Shown here piece after piece: positions 35,101-43,370 of a stretch of DNA of 64,000 bases; within the stretch, counting starts at the first letter, position 1, and every line of letters begins with the position of its first letter. The notes below the pieces were generated by a model. The model worked only from the letters and a program-made list of their open reading frames with translations. It did no database searches and was not told where the DNA came from. Source of the DNA: Deltaproteobacteria bacterium (GTDB lineage: Bacteria; Myxococcota_A; UBA796; SXON01); contig BJHF01000027.1 of NCBI GenBank assembly GCA_014191855.1, positions 488 to 64,487 of the forward strand. Direction: 5' to 3'. The position numbers were made by a program, and so were the translations under genes.

Positions 35101-35676
35101 ATTGAACCCAAACTTGCCCGCCATCCGCCGAACCTCGGCGTTGGCCACCGCCTGGAAGTCCATGCCGTGGTCCATGAGCTCGCCAAACATCCGCTCGGGC
35201 CCAAAAATGTCGCCGAGGGCCACGACACGGCTCTCGTCCCCCGTGCCGCGGATCGCGCCCGTCTCGCCGTTGCCCGTGAGGCAAAACAGCCCGCCGGCGT
35301 GGGCGCGGAGCAGCTCGAGATCAACGCGCGGGCGGTAGTAGATGCCCTCGAAGATCGCGCGGGTCACCAGCTCGCACAGGTTCTTGTACCCGGTGTCGTC
35401 CTCGATCAGCAGCACCACGGCGAAGGAGGGGCCGAGGCCGCCTTCCCGGGTGGCGATCCCACGGGGATCGATCCACAGCTCAGCGCCAAACACCGGGTGC
35501 AAGCTCTTTTCTTTGCACGCCTTGTACAGCTCCACCGCGCCGTAGAGGTTCGCCGTGTCGGTGAGCGCGAGCGAGTCCATCCCCAGCTCCGCCGCCTTCG
35601 CGACGAGCTTCTTGGGCGCGGGCACGCCGTTGAGCACGGAGAACTGCGAGTGGACATGGAGGTGGGCGAAGGCCAT
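32137..35676 (-). CDS. dnaE: DNA polymerase III alpha subunit
   Basis: MAFAHLHVHSQFS (PHP domain), PDIDVDF, GRGSAAGS, FNKSHSAAY and a C-terminal OB fold. 1179 aa. Confidence 0.98.
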   Translation of the reverse strand: MAFAHLHVHSQFSVLNGVPAPKKLVAKAAELGMDSLALTDTANLYGAVELYKACKEKSLHPVFGAELWIDPRGIATREGGLGPSFAVVLLIEDDTGYKNLCELVTRAIFEGIYYRPRVDLELLRAHAGGLFCLTGNGETGAIRGTGDESRVVALGDIFGPERMFGELMDHGMDFQAVANAEVRRMAGKFGFNTVVTNQVRYLKPTDAVQLDLLNGIAMGASLGDKARPRQQTDQQYLKSEAEVRDLFAEDGEAIDRTHSLAHACHYKFPSGIYYFPASVPPDKGGETDENWRFFLDAFPPSQEFPIPAARPEEGGTLSGYFRWYGRAGLDLRLRYVAEDQHAIYKERLEGELTMIIKMGFPAYLLIVAEFINWAKDRGIPVGPGRGSAAGSVVAWAMRITDIDPVRFALLFERFLNPERISMPDIDVDFAQDRREEVIEHVREKYGAPLVSQIITYGKLQAKAALKDVARICDMSFPESDKITKLVPERLNITIEDAVKEEPKLRALIEMDPKVRRVVTLAQSVEGAVRQTGVHAAGVVIGDRPLVEIAPLYRDGPEGGPVVQYDMKSAESIGLIKFDFLGLKTLDQVRDAVAMVERNTGERIDILRVPEADEATWTMLIKGDALGVFQVESDGMRGLLTKLRPNCLDDLVALVALYRPGPLSSGMVDDFIDRKHGRKAVEYPFPELEEILSNTYGTIVYQEQVMQCAQVLAGYSLGEADLLRRAMGKKDAAEMGRQKVRFVEGSVKRGHDEKKASDLFDLLAKFAEYGFNKSHSAAYGFISFQTAWLKANHRAEYMAALMSIDAGNSDKVLLYTGDCRKSGIRMLPPDVNLSVGRFDVPKEDRRSIRFGLHAVKGVGEGAVEAMVEARRTGGPFKDFMDCLRRVDARKVNKKVWESLIRCGAMDTFGLPRARLAGALEDAMSAAADEQAQKAAGQVSLFGGGGNVAPAFRMSNVGEWTVGERMKNEKEALGFFLTGHPVTAFADEIEGFGFKCIADLATVEIESGYSRNGKEHGICAIITGKRVIRNKKGDPMAFVTFEDPSGSIDAVLFKDTLAKFSAMLEVEKPLAVRAKVEQQPDKPRSLRLEACEPMEDLRERMIGKAELRVRASELTEEVLLQLKELFTQNPGNCRTRLVVEEPGRFRAELSVGRSWQVKATPKLVDGVRSLFGRPEALVLTP

Positions 35677-35713
35677 CGCGCGGCGAGGGTAATCCGGGGG
35701 GGCGGCGTTAGCC

Positions 35714-37360
35714 TTGGGTGTGCCCCTCGATCGTGTACGTCGCGTCGTCTTCGCCCTCGGGGTGGCGCTGGTGGCGTTTTGCCGGGTCTGGCTGCCGTCT
35801 GGCGCAACGACGGTGGTAGGGCGGCCGGAGGGCGAGCTCCGCGATCACCTTTGGCTATCCTGGGTATTCGCCCGGGAGCTCTGGGATCGCCATGCCCTTC
35901 CGCTCCACACGAAGCTCGCGGCGTTCCCCGATGGCCTGAGCGTCTACCCGCTCGACCCGCTCCACCAGGCGGCGATTGCGATGCTTGAACCGGCGATCGG
36001 CGTCGTCGCCGCCGTGAACGTCGTGGCCTTCTTGCTCTTCGCCGTGCTCGTGTACGGCGGCCAGAAGCTCGCGTCTTCTGCCGGCGCCGGAGTGCGCGCG
36101 GAGTTGGCGTGTGGCGCGCTCGCAGCCATCTCCCCGGCGTTTCTCGGCGCGTTTACGGATACCCAGACGGAGGGCATGGCGTCGGGGTGGCTGCTTTTGC
36201 TGCTCGCCGAGCTGTTCTCCGACTCCCCTCGTGCCGGTCGCGCGGCGCTGTGGGGCTGCGTGCTGCTCGCCACGGGGCCGTACATGGCCCATGGCGTAGC
36301 CCTCGTGTGCGTGCTTGCCTGGGTCGTTCGCCGTTTCCCGCTGCGGGCGAGCCTGCCGGTCATCGCTACCGCGCTCCTGCTCGGGAGCACCCTTTGGACC
36401 ACCGAAGCCGGGGCCGGGGGAGCGCTCACCGCCCGAGCGTCCCAGCTCACGAGCGCCACCCGCCCCCCGCGCTCCACCCCCCTTGGCGTCGAGGCGCCCC
36501 CTCCCCTGCCCGACGATGGCGTGGTCCGGCACGCTGCGAGCTACCCCGGTGCCGCCGAGACCGGCCCCCGCCGCGCGGCGCCGTGGCTGTTCGTGGCGTT
36601 GTTCCTATTTTCAGCTCGGGATCGGCGCGCCCGAATTCCGGCCGCCCTCGCCCTCGCGTACGCCGCCGTCGCCGCCGGAAATCGCTTCGGCGGCAACGGC
36701 GAACCCGTCGCGTTCCTCACGCCCTACGAAGCCTTCTGGCGGTGGATGCCGTTCGCGAAGTACGCTTGGAAGCCGGCGCAGTACGCGGTTCCGGCCACGG
36801 CGTTCGCGCTGTTGGCGGTGGCGCGGGGCTGGCCGCGGGATCCCCGGAGGCCCGGCCTGGCCTGGCTCGCCGGCGCCGTGGCAATCGCCGCGGTTCTGGA
36901 AGCGACGCTTCGGGAACCCACCCCGCTCCCCCTCCCCGCAAGCACGCTGCATCCCCGGGAAGCGTGGTCCCACCTGCCCCCCGGGGGTGGCGCCGTCATC
37001 GAATTCCCCTGTCGCGACCGTAGTGTGCCGGGTCACCCGCCCGTCGCGGACGTGCTGCTGGGGCCGCTGTGGCACGGCCGCGCGCTGGGGGAGACGCCGA
37101 ACCGCGGAGCGGAGGGGGTACACGCCATGGTGTTGGCCAGCCTGGAGGGGGCGATCACGGGGCATCCGTCGCGAAAGGCGCGGCCGCTCGGGGCGGCGTT
37201 GTGGGAGGCCAGCGAGGCCGGGTTTACGGAGCTGCTCATCCTCGGCAACGTACTCGGGCCGGAAGCGACGGCACGGCTGAAGACGGCGCTGATCGAGGCG
37301 AGCGTGGGGCTGCCGGAGGCGGATGGGGAGGGGGTGATTGTGGTAGCTATTCGTCGGTAA
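35714..37360 (+). CDS. polytopic membrane protein of unknown function (possibly GT-C-like)
   Basis: 548-aa ORF with about 10 hydrophobic helices in the first 400 aa and a soluble C-terminal domain. The start appears to be TTG/GTG and is uncertain. Confidence 0.6.
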   Translation: MGVPLDRVRRVVFALGVALVAFCRVWLPSGATTVVGRPEGELRDHLWLSWVFARELWDRHALPLHTKLAAFPDGLSVYPLDPLHQAAIAMLEPAIGVVAAVNVVAFLLFAVLVYGGQKLASSAGAGVRAELACGALAAISPAFLGAFTDTQTEGMASGWLLLLLAELFSDSPRAGRAALWGCVLLATGPYMAHGVALVCVLAWVVRRFPLRASLPVIATALLLGSTLWTTEAGAGGALTARASQLTSATRPPRSTPLGVEAPPPLPDDGVVRHAASYPGAAETGPRRAAPWLFVALFLFSARDRRARIPAALALAYAAVAAGNRFGGNGEPVAFLTPYEAFWRWMPFAKYAWKPAQYAVPATAFALLAVARGWPRDPRRPGLAWLAGAVAIAAVLEATLREPTPLPLPASTLHPREAWSHLPPGGGAVIEFPCRDRSVPGHPPVADVLLGPLWHGRALGETPNRGAEGVHAMVLASLEGAITGHPSRKARPLGAALWEASEAGFTELLILGNVLGPEATARLKTALIEASVGLPEADGEGVIVVAIRR

Positions 37361-37479
37361 TCCATGGTTTTGGGCGATGCTGCAGCCCGTCTGCCTTCGT
37401 CAGAAGTGGGAAGGAACGCATCGCGATCGGTCGCGCGACGCGACGCCCGCGGCGCGGGGTCACCTGCGCCAACCCCGTG

Positions 37480-37495
37480 CGGCAAATGATATGCA
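37480..37495 (+). promoter_or_regulatory. sigma-54-like -24/-12 element (CGGCAAATGATATGCA)
   Basis: GG (37481-82) and GC (37493-94) have the canonical spacing of TGGCAC-N5-TTGCA. 8 of 11 specified positions match. It lies about 12 nt upstream of the hairpin starting at 37507. Confidence 0.3.
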
Positions 37496-37506
37496 AATCA
37501 CGACGA

Positions 37507-37568
37507 GTCGCTCTCGTTGCGCCACGGGTGGCAGCCCACGCCAGGCGCAACGAGAGTCCGGCAGCGAC
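37507..37568. repeat. long perfect hairpin (REP-like, candidate sRNA stem-loop or terminator)
   Basis: CTCTCGTTGCGCC (37511-37523) pairs perfectly with GGCGCAACGAGAG (37544-37556). An outer GTCG/CGAC pairing is possible. The stem core GTTGCGCC/GGCGCAAC is shared with the hairpin at 18168-18218. Confidence 0.6.
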
Positions 37569-37721
37569 GCAACTCCCCTCGTCGCCAACGGCTGGACGTT
37601 GACCCACGGGACAACCTTGTGAATCGGACGCAGCCGTGAACGCAGACGTCGCGCGTGTCAATCCGCTGGCCGCTCTGGCTCTCGTTGCCGAAGGGGTGGC
37701 GGGGCACCCCTCGCGCTACAA

Positions 37722-37778
37722 TCGCGACGCGCCGCCACGCCCCCCGGGCCAGGGACCGGGCCCGGCGCGTCGCCCAAA
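37722..37778 (-). repeat. REP-like GC-rich palindromic element, family 1 (copy B)
   Basis: GCGACGCG (37724-37731) pairs with CGCGTCGC (37766-37773). The reverse complement carries GGGGGCGTGGCGGCGCGTCGCG, sharing a 20-mer with copy D. It ends about 12 nt after the stop of the minus-strand M50 gene. Confidence 0.6.
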
Positions 37779-37790
37779 CCCCGCCTCCCC

Positions 37791-38441
37791 TCACCCCCCC
37801 AGCGCTAACTTCGCCGCGTTCAGCCACCCATCCATGGCTGCGAGGATCGGCCCGAAGGGATCGAGGCCCACAACGCGCAGCCCAACAATCACGACAAAGG
37901 GCAAAAACCTCCCAAACGACTCCAACTGGCCCCACGCCATCTGCGCCGCGCGGGGCAGTACGAAGTTCACGATGCGACTGCCATCCAGCGGCGGGATGGG
38001 CAGCAAGTTGAACACCGCCAACAGCACGTTGAGTTGGATCGCGTAGCGCGCCAGGCCCCCGAGCGGCCCCTGCTCGAATGAAGGAAACACCACCGACAAC
38101 GCCAACCACGCCGTGAAACCCGCACCCGCAAGCACCACGTTGGAGAGCGGCCCCGCCGCCGCGGTGACCATCATGCCAAACGCCATGCTGCGCCGACGAT
38201 CAAAGCGCGACGGATCGATGGGAACCGGCAGCGCCCAACCGAAGGGTACCCCCAACAGCGGAAACAACACAGTCCCCACCGGATCGGCGTGGGCCAGCGG
38301 ATCGAGGGTCATTCGACCCTGGGCCCGGGCCGTGTCGTCCCCCAACGCAAACGCGGCGCGCGCGTGGGCCCACTCGTGCACGCTCAACGAGAGCCACAAC
38401 ACAACCACGTTGGGGATGCGCTCCAATAGGAAGTCGAGCAC
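37791..38441 (-). CDS. site-2 protease family (peptidase M50) membrane metalloprotease
   Basis: LSVHEWAHARAA (HExxH) and NLLPIPPLDGSRI (NxxPxxxLDG). GTG at 38441 directly follows the upstream TGA, with GGAGGG 5 nt upstream. Confidence 0.88.
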   Translation of the reverse strand: MLDFLLERIPNVVVLWLSLSVHEWAHARAAFALGDDTARAQGRMTLDPLAHADPVGTVLFPLLGVPFGWALPVPIDPSRFDRRRSMAFGMMVTAAAGPLSNVVLAGAGFTAWLALSVVFPSFEQGPLGGLARYAIQLNVLLAVFNLLPIPPLDGSRIVNFVLPRAAQMAWGQLESFGRFLPFVVIVGLRVVGLDPFGPILAAMDGWLNAAKLALGG

Positions 38442-39677
38442 TCATCCCTCCGGGGGGCTCACCGCGATGATCTGGCGTACTTCGCGGCGATTGATGAGAC
38501 GCGCGGCGCCTTCCGTGGGCTGCACCTTCAACAGCTCGGCGTTCGCCCACATCACCCGGCCGGCCACAGTCACGCCCGTGACCAGCTCCAGCTCCGCGAA
38601 CGCCGCGCTGCTCGGCTCCGCGAGCTGGCTCGCCGACTCCACGAGGAGCTGGTCGAGCACCCCAAACGGCCGTTCGATGGAGATCGCCTTCTCCAGTACC
38701 GCGAGCAGGTCGCCCTGTCCGAGCTGCGCGCTGCCGCCGGCTCGGCCCCGCCGCATCGCGACCATCGCCGCGTCGTTTACAAGGGCTTCGAGCACCGCCC
38801 CCGAGGCGCCATCCATTGCGCGGGCGAAGTAGGGAAAGTCGACGTCTGCGGCGAGATCTCGCCCGCGCGCGTGCACCGCCAGCACCTCCATCCGGTCCCC
38901 CTCCGTCAGCTCGCCCACCCGCACCCGAATGTCGAAGCGGCCCGGACGCAGCAGGGCACCGTCGAGCACGTCCGCCCGGTTGCTGGCCGCGATTACCACG
39001 AAGCGGCCCTGCTTCTCAAAACCGTCCATCTGCACGAGCAGCTCGTTGAGCGCGTGCTCCCGCTCCTCGTTCGCGTGGCCGACGCCCGAGCCGCGCCGAC
39101 GACCGATCGCGTCCAACTCGTCGATGAACACCACGCAAGGGGTGTTTTTGGAGGCGGCCTCGAACAGATCCCGCATCCGCGCGGGCCCGACGCCGATGAA
39201 CATCTCAACGAACTCGGTGGCGCTCGCGACGAAGAACTTCACGCCGGCTTCGCCCGCAACCGCGCGCGCAAGCAGCGTCTTCCCCGTTCCCGGCGGGCCC
39301 TCCAAAAGCACCCCGCGCGGCGGCCGTACCTTCGCTTTGTCCCATCGTTCGGGCGCTTTGAGCCAGTCCACCACATCCCCGAGCACGAGCTTCGCCTCGG
39401 TGAGGCCTCCCACATCCGTGAACCGGGTACCCTCCGATCCAGGCTGCAGCAACCGCGCTTTGTTCTGTCGGAACGCCGCCATACCGCCCATCTGGTTCGC
39501 CTGCTGGCGCCGCCCCCACCACACCAGCGCGAGGCCCATGGCCACGACCACGACGACGACGAGCACCAGCGTACGAAGCGGCCCCTCGACGTCGCCAATC
39601 TGAACGGCCAACAACGAGGAGCAGGCGATGAGCGCGAGCGCCAGCCAGACGAGCGCGGTGCGGAGCTTGGGGTTCAC
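38442..39677 (-). CDS. FtsH-like membrane-anchored AAA+ ATPase lacking the M41 peptidase domain
   Basis: Two N-terminal TM helices. FtsH-type AAA module: VGGLTEAK, GPPGTGKTLLARAVAGEAGVKFF, VVFIDELDAIGRRRG (Walker B), ASNRADVLDGALLRPGRFD (SRH). No HEXXH follows. Instead there is a short approximately 90-aa C-terminal tail. Confidence 0.88.
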   Translation of the reverse strand: MNPKLRTALVWLALALIACSSLLAVQIGDVEGPLRTLVLVVVVVVAMGLALVWWGRRQQANQMGGMAAFRQNKARLLQPGSEGTRFTDVGGLTEAKLVLGDVVDWLKAPERWDKAKVRPPRGVLLEGPPGTGKTLLARAVAGEAGVKFFVASATEFVEMFIGVGPARMRDLFEAASKNTPCVVFIDELDAIGRRRGSGVGHANEEREHALNELLVQMDGFEKQGRFVVIAASNRADVLDGALLRPGRFDIRVRVGELTEGDRMEVLAVHARGRDLAADVDFPYFARAMDGASGAVLEALVNDAAMVAMRRGRAGGSAQLGQGDLLAVLEKAISIERPFGVLDQLLVESASQLAEPSSAAFAELELVTGVTVAGRVMWANAELLKVQPTEGAARLINRREVRQIIAVSPPEG

Positions 39678-39709
39678 GGAGGCCGGCTAACCGCAATCGG
39701 CGACGACGG

Positions 39710-40405
39710 TCACCCGTTGGCGAACGCCCACGCCTCACGGATCGCCTCGCGCCCGCCGGCCGCCAGCACGTCGCCGTGCGAAACCACCACCGCCTCCGCG
39801 TCCCAGGCCTCCACCATCCGGGTGACGCTCCGGCCCGCCGCGCGCGCATCCTGGATGTACTGGGACTTTCCGATGCGCGTCATGCAGAATCGATCGTTCG
39901 CACCGTTGAGCCACATCGCGAAGCGGTTGAAGCCGGTCATGCCGTGAAGGTTGAACGCGAGATCCACCGCCAGCACGGTGCGCGACGCCGGGAAGAACAA
40001 CACGTGCTCCTCAAGCTTCGGACAGCCTTCCAGCTTGATCATCTCCACAACCCCGGCGAGCGAGTCGGGCACCTGCTCACCCAGCGTTTCGGCCACGCGC
40101 AACGTCGGCTCCTTCTCGGCGATCCCCGCAACCGCGATCACGCGCGCATCGGGGAAGGCACCCGCGGCTGCGACGCAAAAGAGGTGGTGCATCCGGTTCG
40201 GGATCACGATGGTCGACACCTGCCCGAGCCCCCGGATCGCGGCGATCTGATCCGCCTGCAGCGGCCCCGGCGCATGGAGCGCCAGCGAACCATCGGCGAG
40301 GGCGAACACGTTGGTGCGGGTGCCGATCCCGAGGCCGCCGACCGCGAATTCAGGGTGGTGAATCGTCCAGATGCCAGGGGCGACGGCGACGAGCGGCGCA
40401 GACAT
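39710..40405 (-). CDS. DUF4336-like (MBL-fold-related) protein
   Basis: The start at ATG 40405 gives MSAPLVAVAPGIWTI. The pattern ...IVIPNRMHHLF...VLFFPASRTVLAVDLAFN... resembles DUF4336. Divergent from a MarR gene. Confidence 0.7.
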   Translation of the reverse strand: MSAPLVAVAPGIWTIHHPEFAVGGLGIGTRTNVFALADGSLALHAPGPLQADQIAAIRGLGQVSTIVIPNRMHHLFCVAAAGAFPDARVIAVAGIAEKEPTLRVAETLGEQVPDSLAGVVEMIKLEGCPKLEEHVLFFPASRTVLAVDLAFNLHGMTGFNRFAMWLNGANDRFCMTRIGKSQYIQDARAAGRSVTRMVEAWDAEAVVVSHGDVLAAGGREAIREAWAFANG

Positions 40406-40406
40406 G

Positions 40407-40457
40407 TTGACTCCGTGAGTGCCCAGATGGTAAACTGCCTTGACCAACTCGTCAAGG
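40407..40457 (+). promoter_or_regulatory. sigma-70-type promoter plus palindromic operator upstream of the MarR gene
   Basis: TTGACT (40407-12), an 18-nt spacer, then TAAACT (40431-36). A perfect inverted repeat CCTTGAC-N6-GTCAAGG lies at 40438-40457, just upstream of the ATG at 40468. Confidence 0.5.
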
Positions 40458-40467
40458 AGCTTGACCG

Positions 40468-40956
40468 ATGCCCCCTGCGTCCGCGCCAGTACCGCCTGCC
40501 GTTCCGCCCGACGTGCTGCGCGCGAGCCTGGGTCAGGTGCTGTTCCGCACCGCGCGCCTGTTCAACGAGCTGGCCGTGCAACGCGTGCAACAGGAGCGCG
40601 AGCCCCGACTTCGGCTCGCCCATACGACGCTTTTCCCCCACCTCAACACCAAGGGAGTCCGGCCGACCGCCATCGCCAAACAGCTTGGCGTGAGCAAGCA
40701 AGCCGTTGGTCCGCTGCTGAACGACCTCGTGGAGTGGGGGATGATCGAGCGTTTTGCCGACCCGCACGACGGGCGCGCGGTGCTCGTGCGCCTCACGCCG
40801 CTCGGTGGGGCCGCCATCCTGGATGGGCTGCGGGTGCTCCGCTCGGTGGAGGCGCAGCTTCGGGAGGAGCTGGGGGAAGCGAAGGTCGAAGCCCTCCACA
40901 CCGGCCTCACCGCCGCGATGGACGTGCTCGATCGCGCCCGCGCCGAGGTAGGCTGA
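40468..40956 (+). CDS. MarR-family transcriptional regulator
   Basis: Winged-HTH pattern: RLAHTTLFPHLNTKGVRPTAIAKQLGVSKQAVGPLLNDLVEWGMIERFADPHDGRAVLVRLTPLG. Confidence 0.88.
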   Translation: MPPASAPVPPAVPPDVLRASLGQVLFRTARLFNELAVQRVQQEREPRLRLAHTTLFPHLNTKGVRPTAIAKQLGVSKQAVGPLLNDLVEWGMIERFADPHDGRAVLVRLTPLGGAAILDGLRVLRSVEAQLREELGEAKVEALHTGLTAAMDVLDRARAEVG

Positions 40957-40960
40957 GCGG

Positions 40961-41596
40961 GTGATCGCCTGGCCGCTGTTCGTCGTCGCCGCTCTGGAAT
41001 TGTGGGCGGCGTTCCACCTCCCGTGGTGGCTGGGGGCGTGGTTGGGGTGGGCCGGCGCGGCCACGGGCACGGTGGCGGTGGCGTACCTGCTCCAACGGCC
41101 GTCCTGGATCGGAAAGGGCACACGTCGGCACACGTTCTTCGCACCGTACCTGCTGTTCTCGCGCGGAGTGGCGACCGTGGCCCAGCGCATCGGCCTCATC
41201 GAACGCCAGGAGATCGTGCCGGGACTGTGGGTCGGCGGCTGGCCCCGCGGCGGCGCGGAGGGGTTGGCGCAGCTCGATCTCACCGCCGAGCTGCCCCGTC
41301 GAGGTGTTGCAGCGGAATATCGGAATATACCGATGCTGGACGGTGCGGCTCCACGTCGCGAGGATTGGGAGGCCGCCGTGGAGCAGGCCCTCGCGTGGCG
41401 AAAAGCGGGGTATTCCGTGCTGGTTCACTGTGCGTATGGTCACGGGCGCAGCGTGGCGGTGGTGATCGGCGTGCTGGTTCGCGAGGGACACGCGTCCGAC
41501 GAGCGGGCGGCGATGGCGATGGTCCAGCAGGTGCGCCCGCGGGCCCGACTCACCCCCGAGCAACGGCGGTTCGTGGAGGCAGTGTTTCGCGGATGA
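40961..41596 (+). CDS. membrane-anchored dual-specificity (Cys-based) protein phosphatase
   Basis: N-terminal TM helices, then the VLVHCAYGHGRSVAV = HCxxGxxRS P-loop. GTG start 5 nt after the MarR stop. Confidence 0.75.
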   Translation: MIAWPLFVVAALELWAAFHLPWWLGAWLGWAGAATGTVAVAYLLQRPSWIGKGTRRHTFFAPYLLFSRGVATVAQRIGLIERQEIVPGLWVGGWPRGGAEGLAQLDLTAELPRRGVAAEYRNIPMLDGAAPRREDWEAAVEQALAWRKAGYSVLVHCAYGHGRSVAVVIGVLVREGHASDERAAMAMVQQVRPRARLTPEQRRFVEAVFRG

Positions 41597-43278
41597 TCTG
41601 GTTCGTCCTCGCGTGCGCCGATCCGCACCAAGCTGAGGTTGTGGCCCCAAAACCCGCGCTTGCGGAGGAGGTCGGCGATCGCACGGTTACCCTCGCCGGC
41701 GTTCAAGCCCAGCTTGAGCTCGGGTCGTGGTCGCTCGGGAAGATCGACGCACTCCTTGCGAGCATGGCCGCCGTCACCGACGGCAGCGCGCGTCTCAACA
41801 CGATCGCGCACAGATTCGTCGGCACGCCGTTCCGCTATGAGTCGCTGCTCCCCATCCCGCCGCCGGGCGCCGTTCGGGTGCGCCTGGAGTCGTTCGACTG
41901 CACCACATTCGTGATCACCATGCTCGCGCTGGCCGAGGCCAAGGACAACACGTCATTCGTACGAAACCTCCGTGAGCTGCGGTACGCCGACCCGGCCGAC
42001 GTCGACAGCGACCCCGCTACCGGCACCATCCTCGACTTCGCCTCGGACATCCTGGTCGACAGCGCCGTGGGCAAAGGCCTGACCCTCGACGTTACCGCGG
42101 AGATCGCGGGGGATACGCCGCTAACGCACATCCGCGCCCGCCAAACGGCGCGCCACCGCACCGCCGAGTACGACCGTGACGAACGGCTCGTTGTCCCCCG
42201 ACTCCACGCGAATCAGATGGTTGGCGCTGCGATGATCGCCACTCGCGACATCGAACGCGTTGATCTCTCGCGCTTGCAAAGCGGTGACATCCTGGCGTTC
42301 TCTCGCCTGGATCCCGATGCTCCCACCGGCGATGGCCTGCTCGTCAGCCACCTCGCGATCGCGCAGCGCGCGGGCCCAGAGGTCACGCTGCTCCACGCCA
42401 CGCGGGACTACCTGTGGCGCCCGAACGCGACCGCCACCACGGCGCCGTCCGCGACAGGAGTGTACTACGACAACGACCCGCGGCGCGAACAGTTGGGTGT
42501 CGCGATAGCTACGACTTGGGTTGGCGACCCGGGGGGGCGGAAGATCGAGCTGGAGGGTCACCCCTACTACGGGTATGAAGCCGAGGATCCTCGACCGCTG
42601 GCCTCCTACCTCGAAGGGGCGCACATCACGGCGTTCCTCGTGCTGCGCCCGGTGGCGATCCCACCGACCTTCAGCGATCCGGCCACGCGAACGCCGGAAG
42701 TCCCCGTGATCGACAGCGCCATGACCCGCGCAGAGGCGATGGAAGGCGTCGCTTCGGACTGCCCGCCCGAGCTGGCGGCGAGCCAGGAGCTCGTGAACGT
42801 GCAGTACCGGTCGATGGACGGGGCCCTGCACGCGGGCCAGTTGGTGATCCACGAGCGGCTGGCCGAAGAAGTAAGCGCGGTGTTCGCGGCGATTCGTCGG
42901 AGCGGCTTCCCGATTCGGTCGGCGCTGCCGATGTCGAGTCCGCAGTTCCGCGTGGACGGGCGCTGGGACGACAATGCCTCGATGAACGTGGACAACACCT
43001 CCGGGTTCAACTACCGCACGGTGCCGGGGAGCCCGGTGCTCTCCTTCCACGCCTGCGGCACCGCCGTGGACATGAACACGAGGTTGAACCCGTACATCCG
43101 CTCCCGCGCCGGCGCCCTGCTCATCGATCCTCCCGGCGCTGTGTACGACCCCGCGATCCCGGGCAGCCTCACCGCCGAAGGCGAGGTCGTTCGCCTGTTC
43201 CTCGCGATGGGCTGGCGCTGGGGCGGCCAGTTCCAGTCGCTCAAGGACTGGCAGCACTTTGAGAAGGGGTGTTTTTGA
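41593..43278 (+). CDS. lipoprotein with DUF1460-like (amidase-like) N-domain and peptidase M15 (D-Ala-D-Ala carboxypeptidase-like) C-domain
   Basis: The ATG overlaps the previous stop (ATGA). MIWFVLACAD is a lipobox. ESFDCTTFVITMLALAEA is DUF1460-like. The C-terminus (SFHACGTAVDMN...WGGQFQSLKDWQHFE) is M15-like (H..D...H zinc ligands). Confidence 0.8.
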   Translation: MIWFVLACADPHQAEVVAPKPALAEEVGDRTVTLAGVQAQLELGSWSLGKIDALLASMAAVTDGSARLNTIAHRFVGTPFRYESLLPIPPPGAVRVRLESFDCTTFVITMLALAEAKDNTSFVRNLRELRYADPADVDSDPATGTILDFASDILVDSAVGKGLTLDVTAEIAGDTPLTHIRARQTARHRTAEYDRDERLVVPRLHANQMVGAAMIATRDIERVDLSRLQSGDILAFSRLDPDAPTGDGLLVSHLAIAQRAGPEVTLLHATRDYLWRPNATATTAPSATGVYYDNDPRREQLGVAIATTWVGDPGGRKIELEGHPYYGYEAEDPRPLASYLEGAHITAFLVLRPVAIPPTFSDPATRTPEVPVIDSAMTRAEAMEGVASDCPPELAASQELVNVQYRSMDGALHAGQLVIHERLAEEVSAVFAAIRRSGFPIRSALPMSSPQFRVDGRWDDNASMNVDNTSGFNYRTVPGSPVLSFHACGTAVDMNTRLNPYIRSRAGALLIDPPGAVYDPAIPGSLTAEGEVVRLFLAMGWRWGGQFQSLKDWQHFEKGCF

Positions 43279-43287
43279 CGTGGCGAT

Positions 43288-43346
43288 TGGGGCGACGCGG
43301 TAGGCCCGATCTCGAGGCAGAGCGGGCGTGGCGGCGCGTCGCGGTT
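43288..43346 (+). repeat. REP-like GC-rich palindromic element, family 1 (copy D)
   Basis: GCGACGCG (43292-43299) pairs with CGCGTCGC (43335-43342). There is an inner GCCCG...CGGGC stem and a GGGCGTGGCGG bulge. It starts about 10 nt after the stop at 43278. Confidence 0.6.
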
Positions 43347-43370
43347 GGGACTTGGGGGGTGGCCCCCGGC

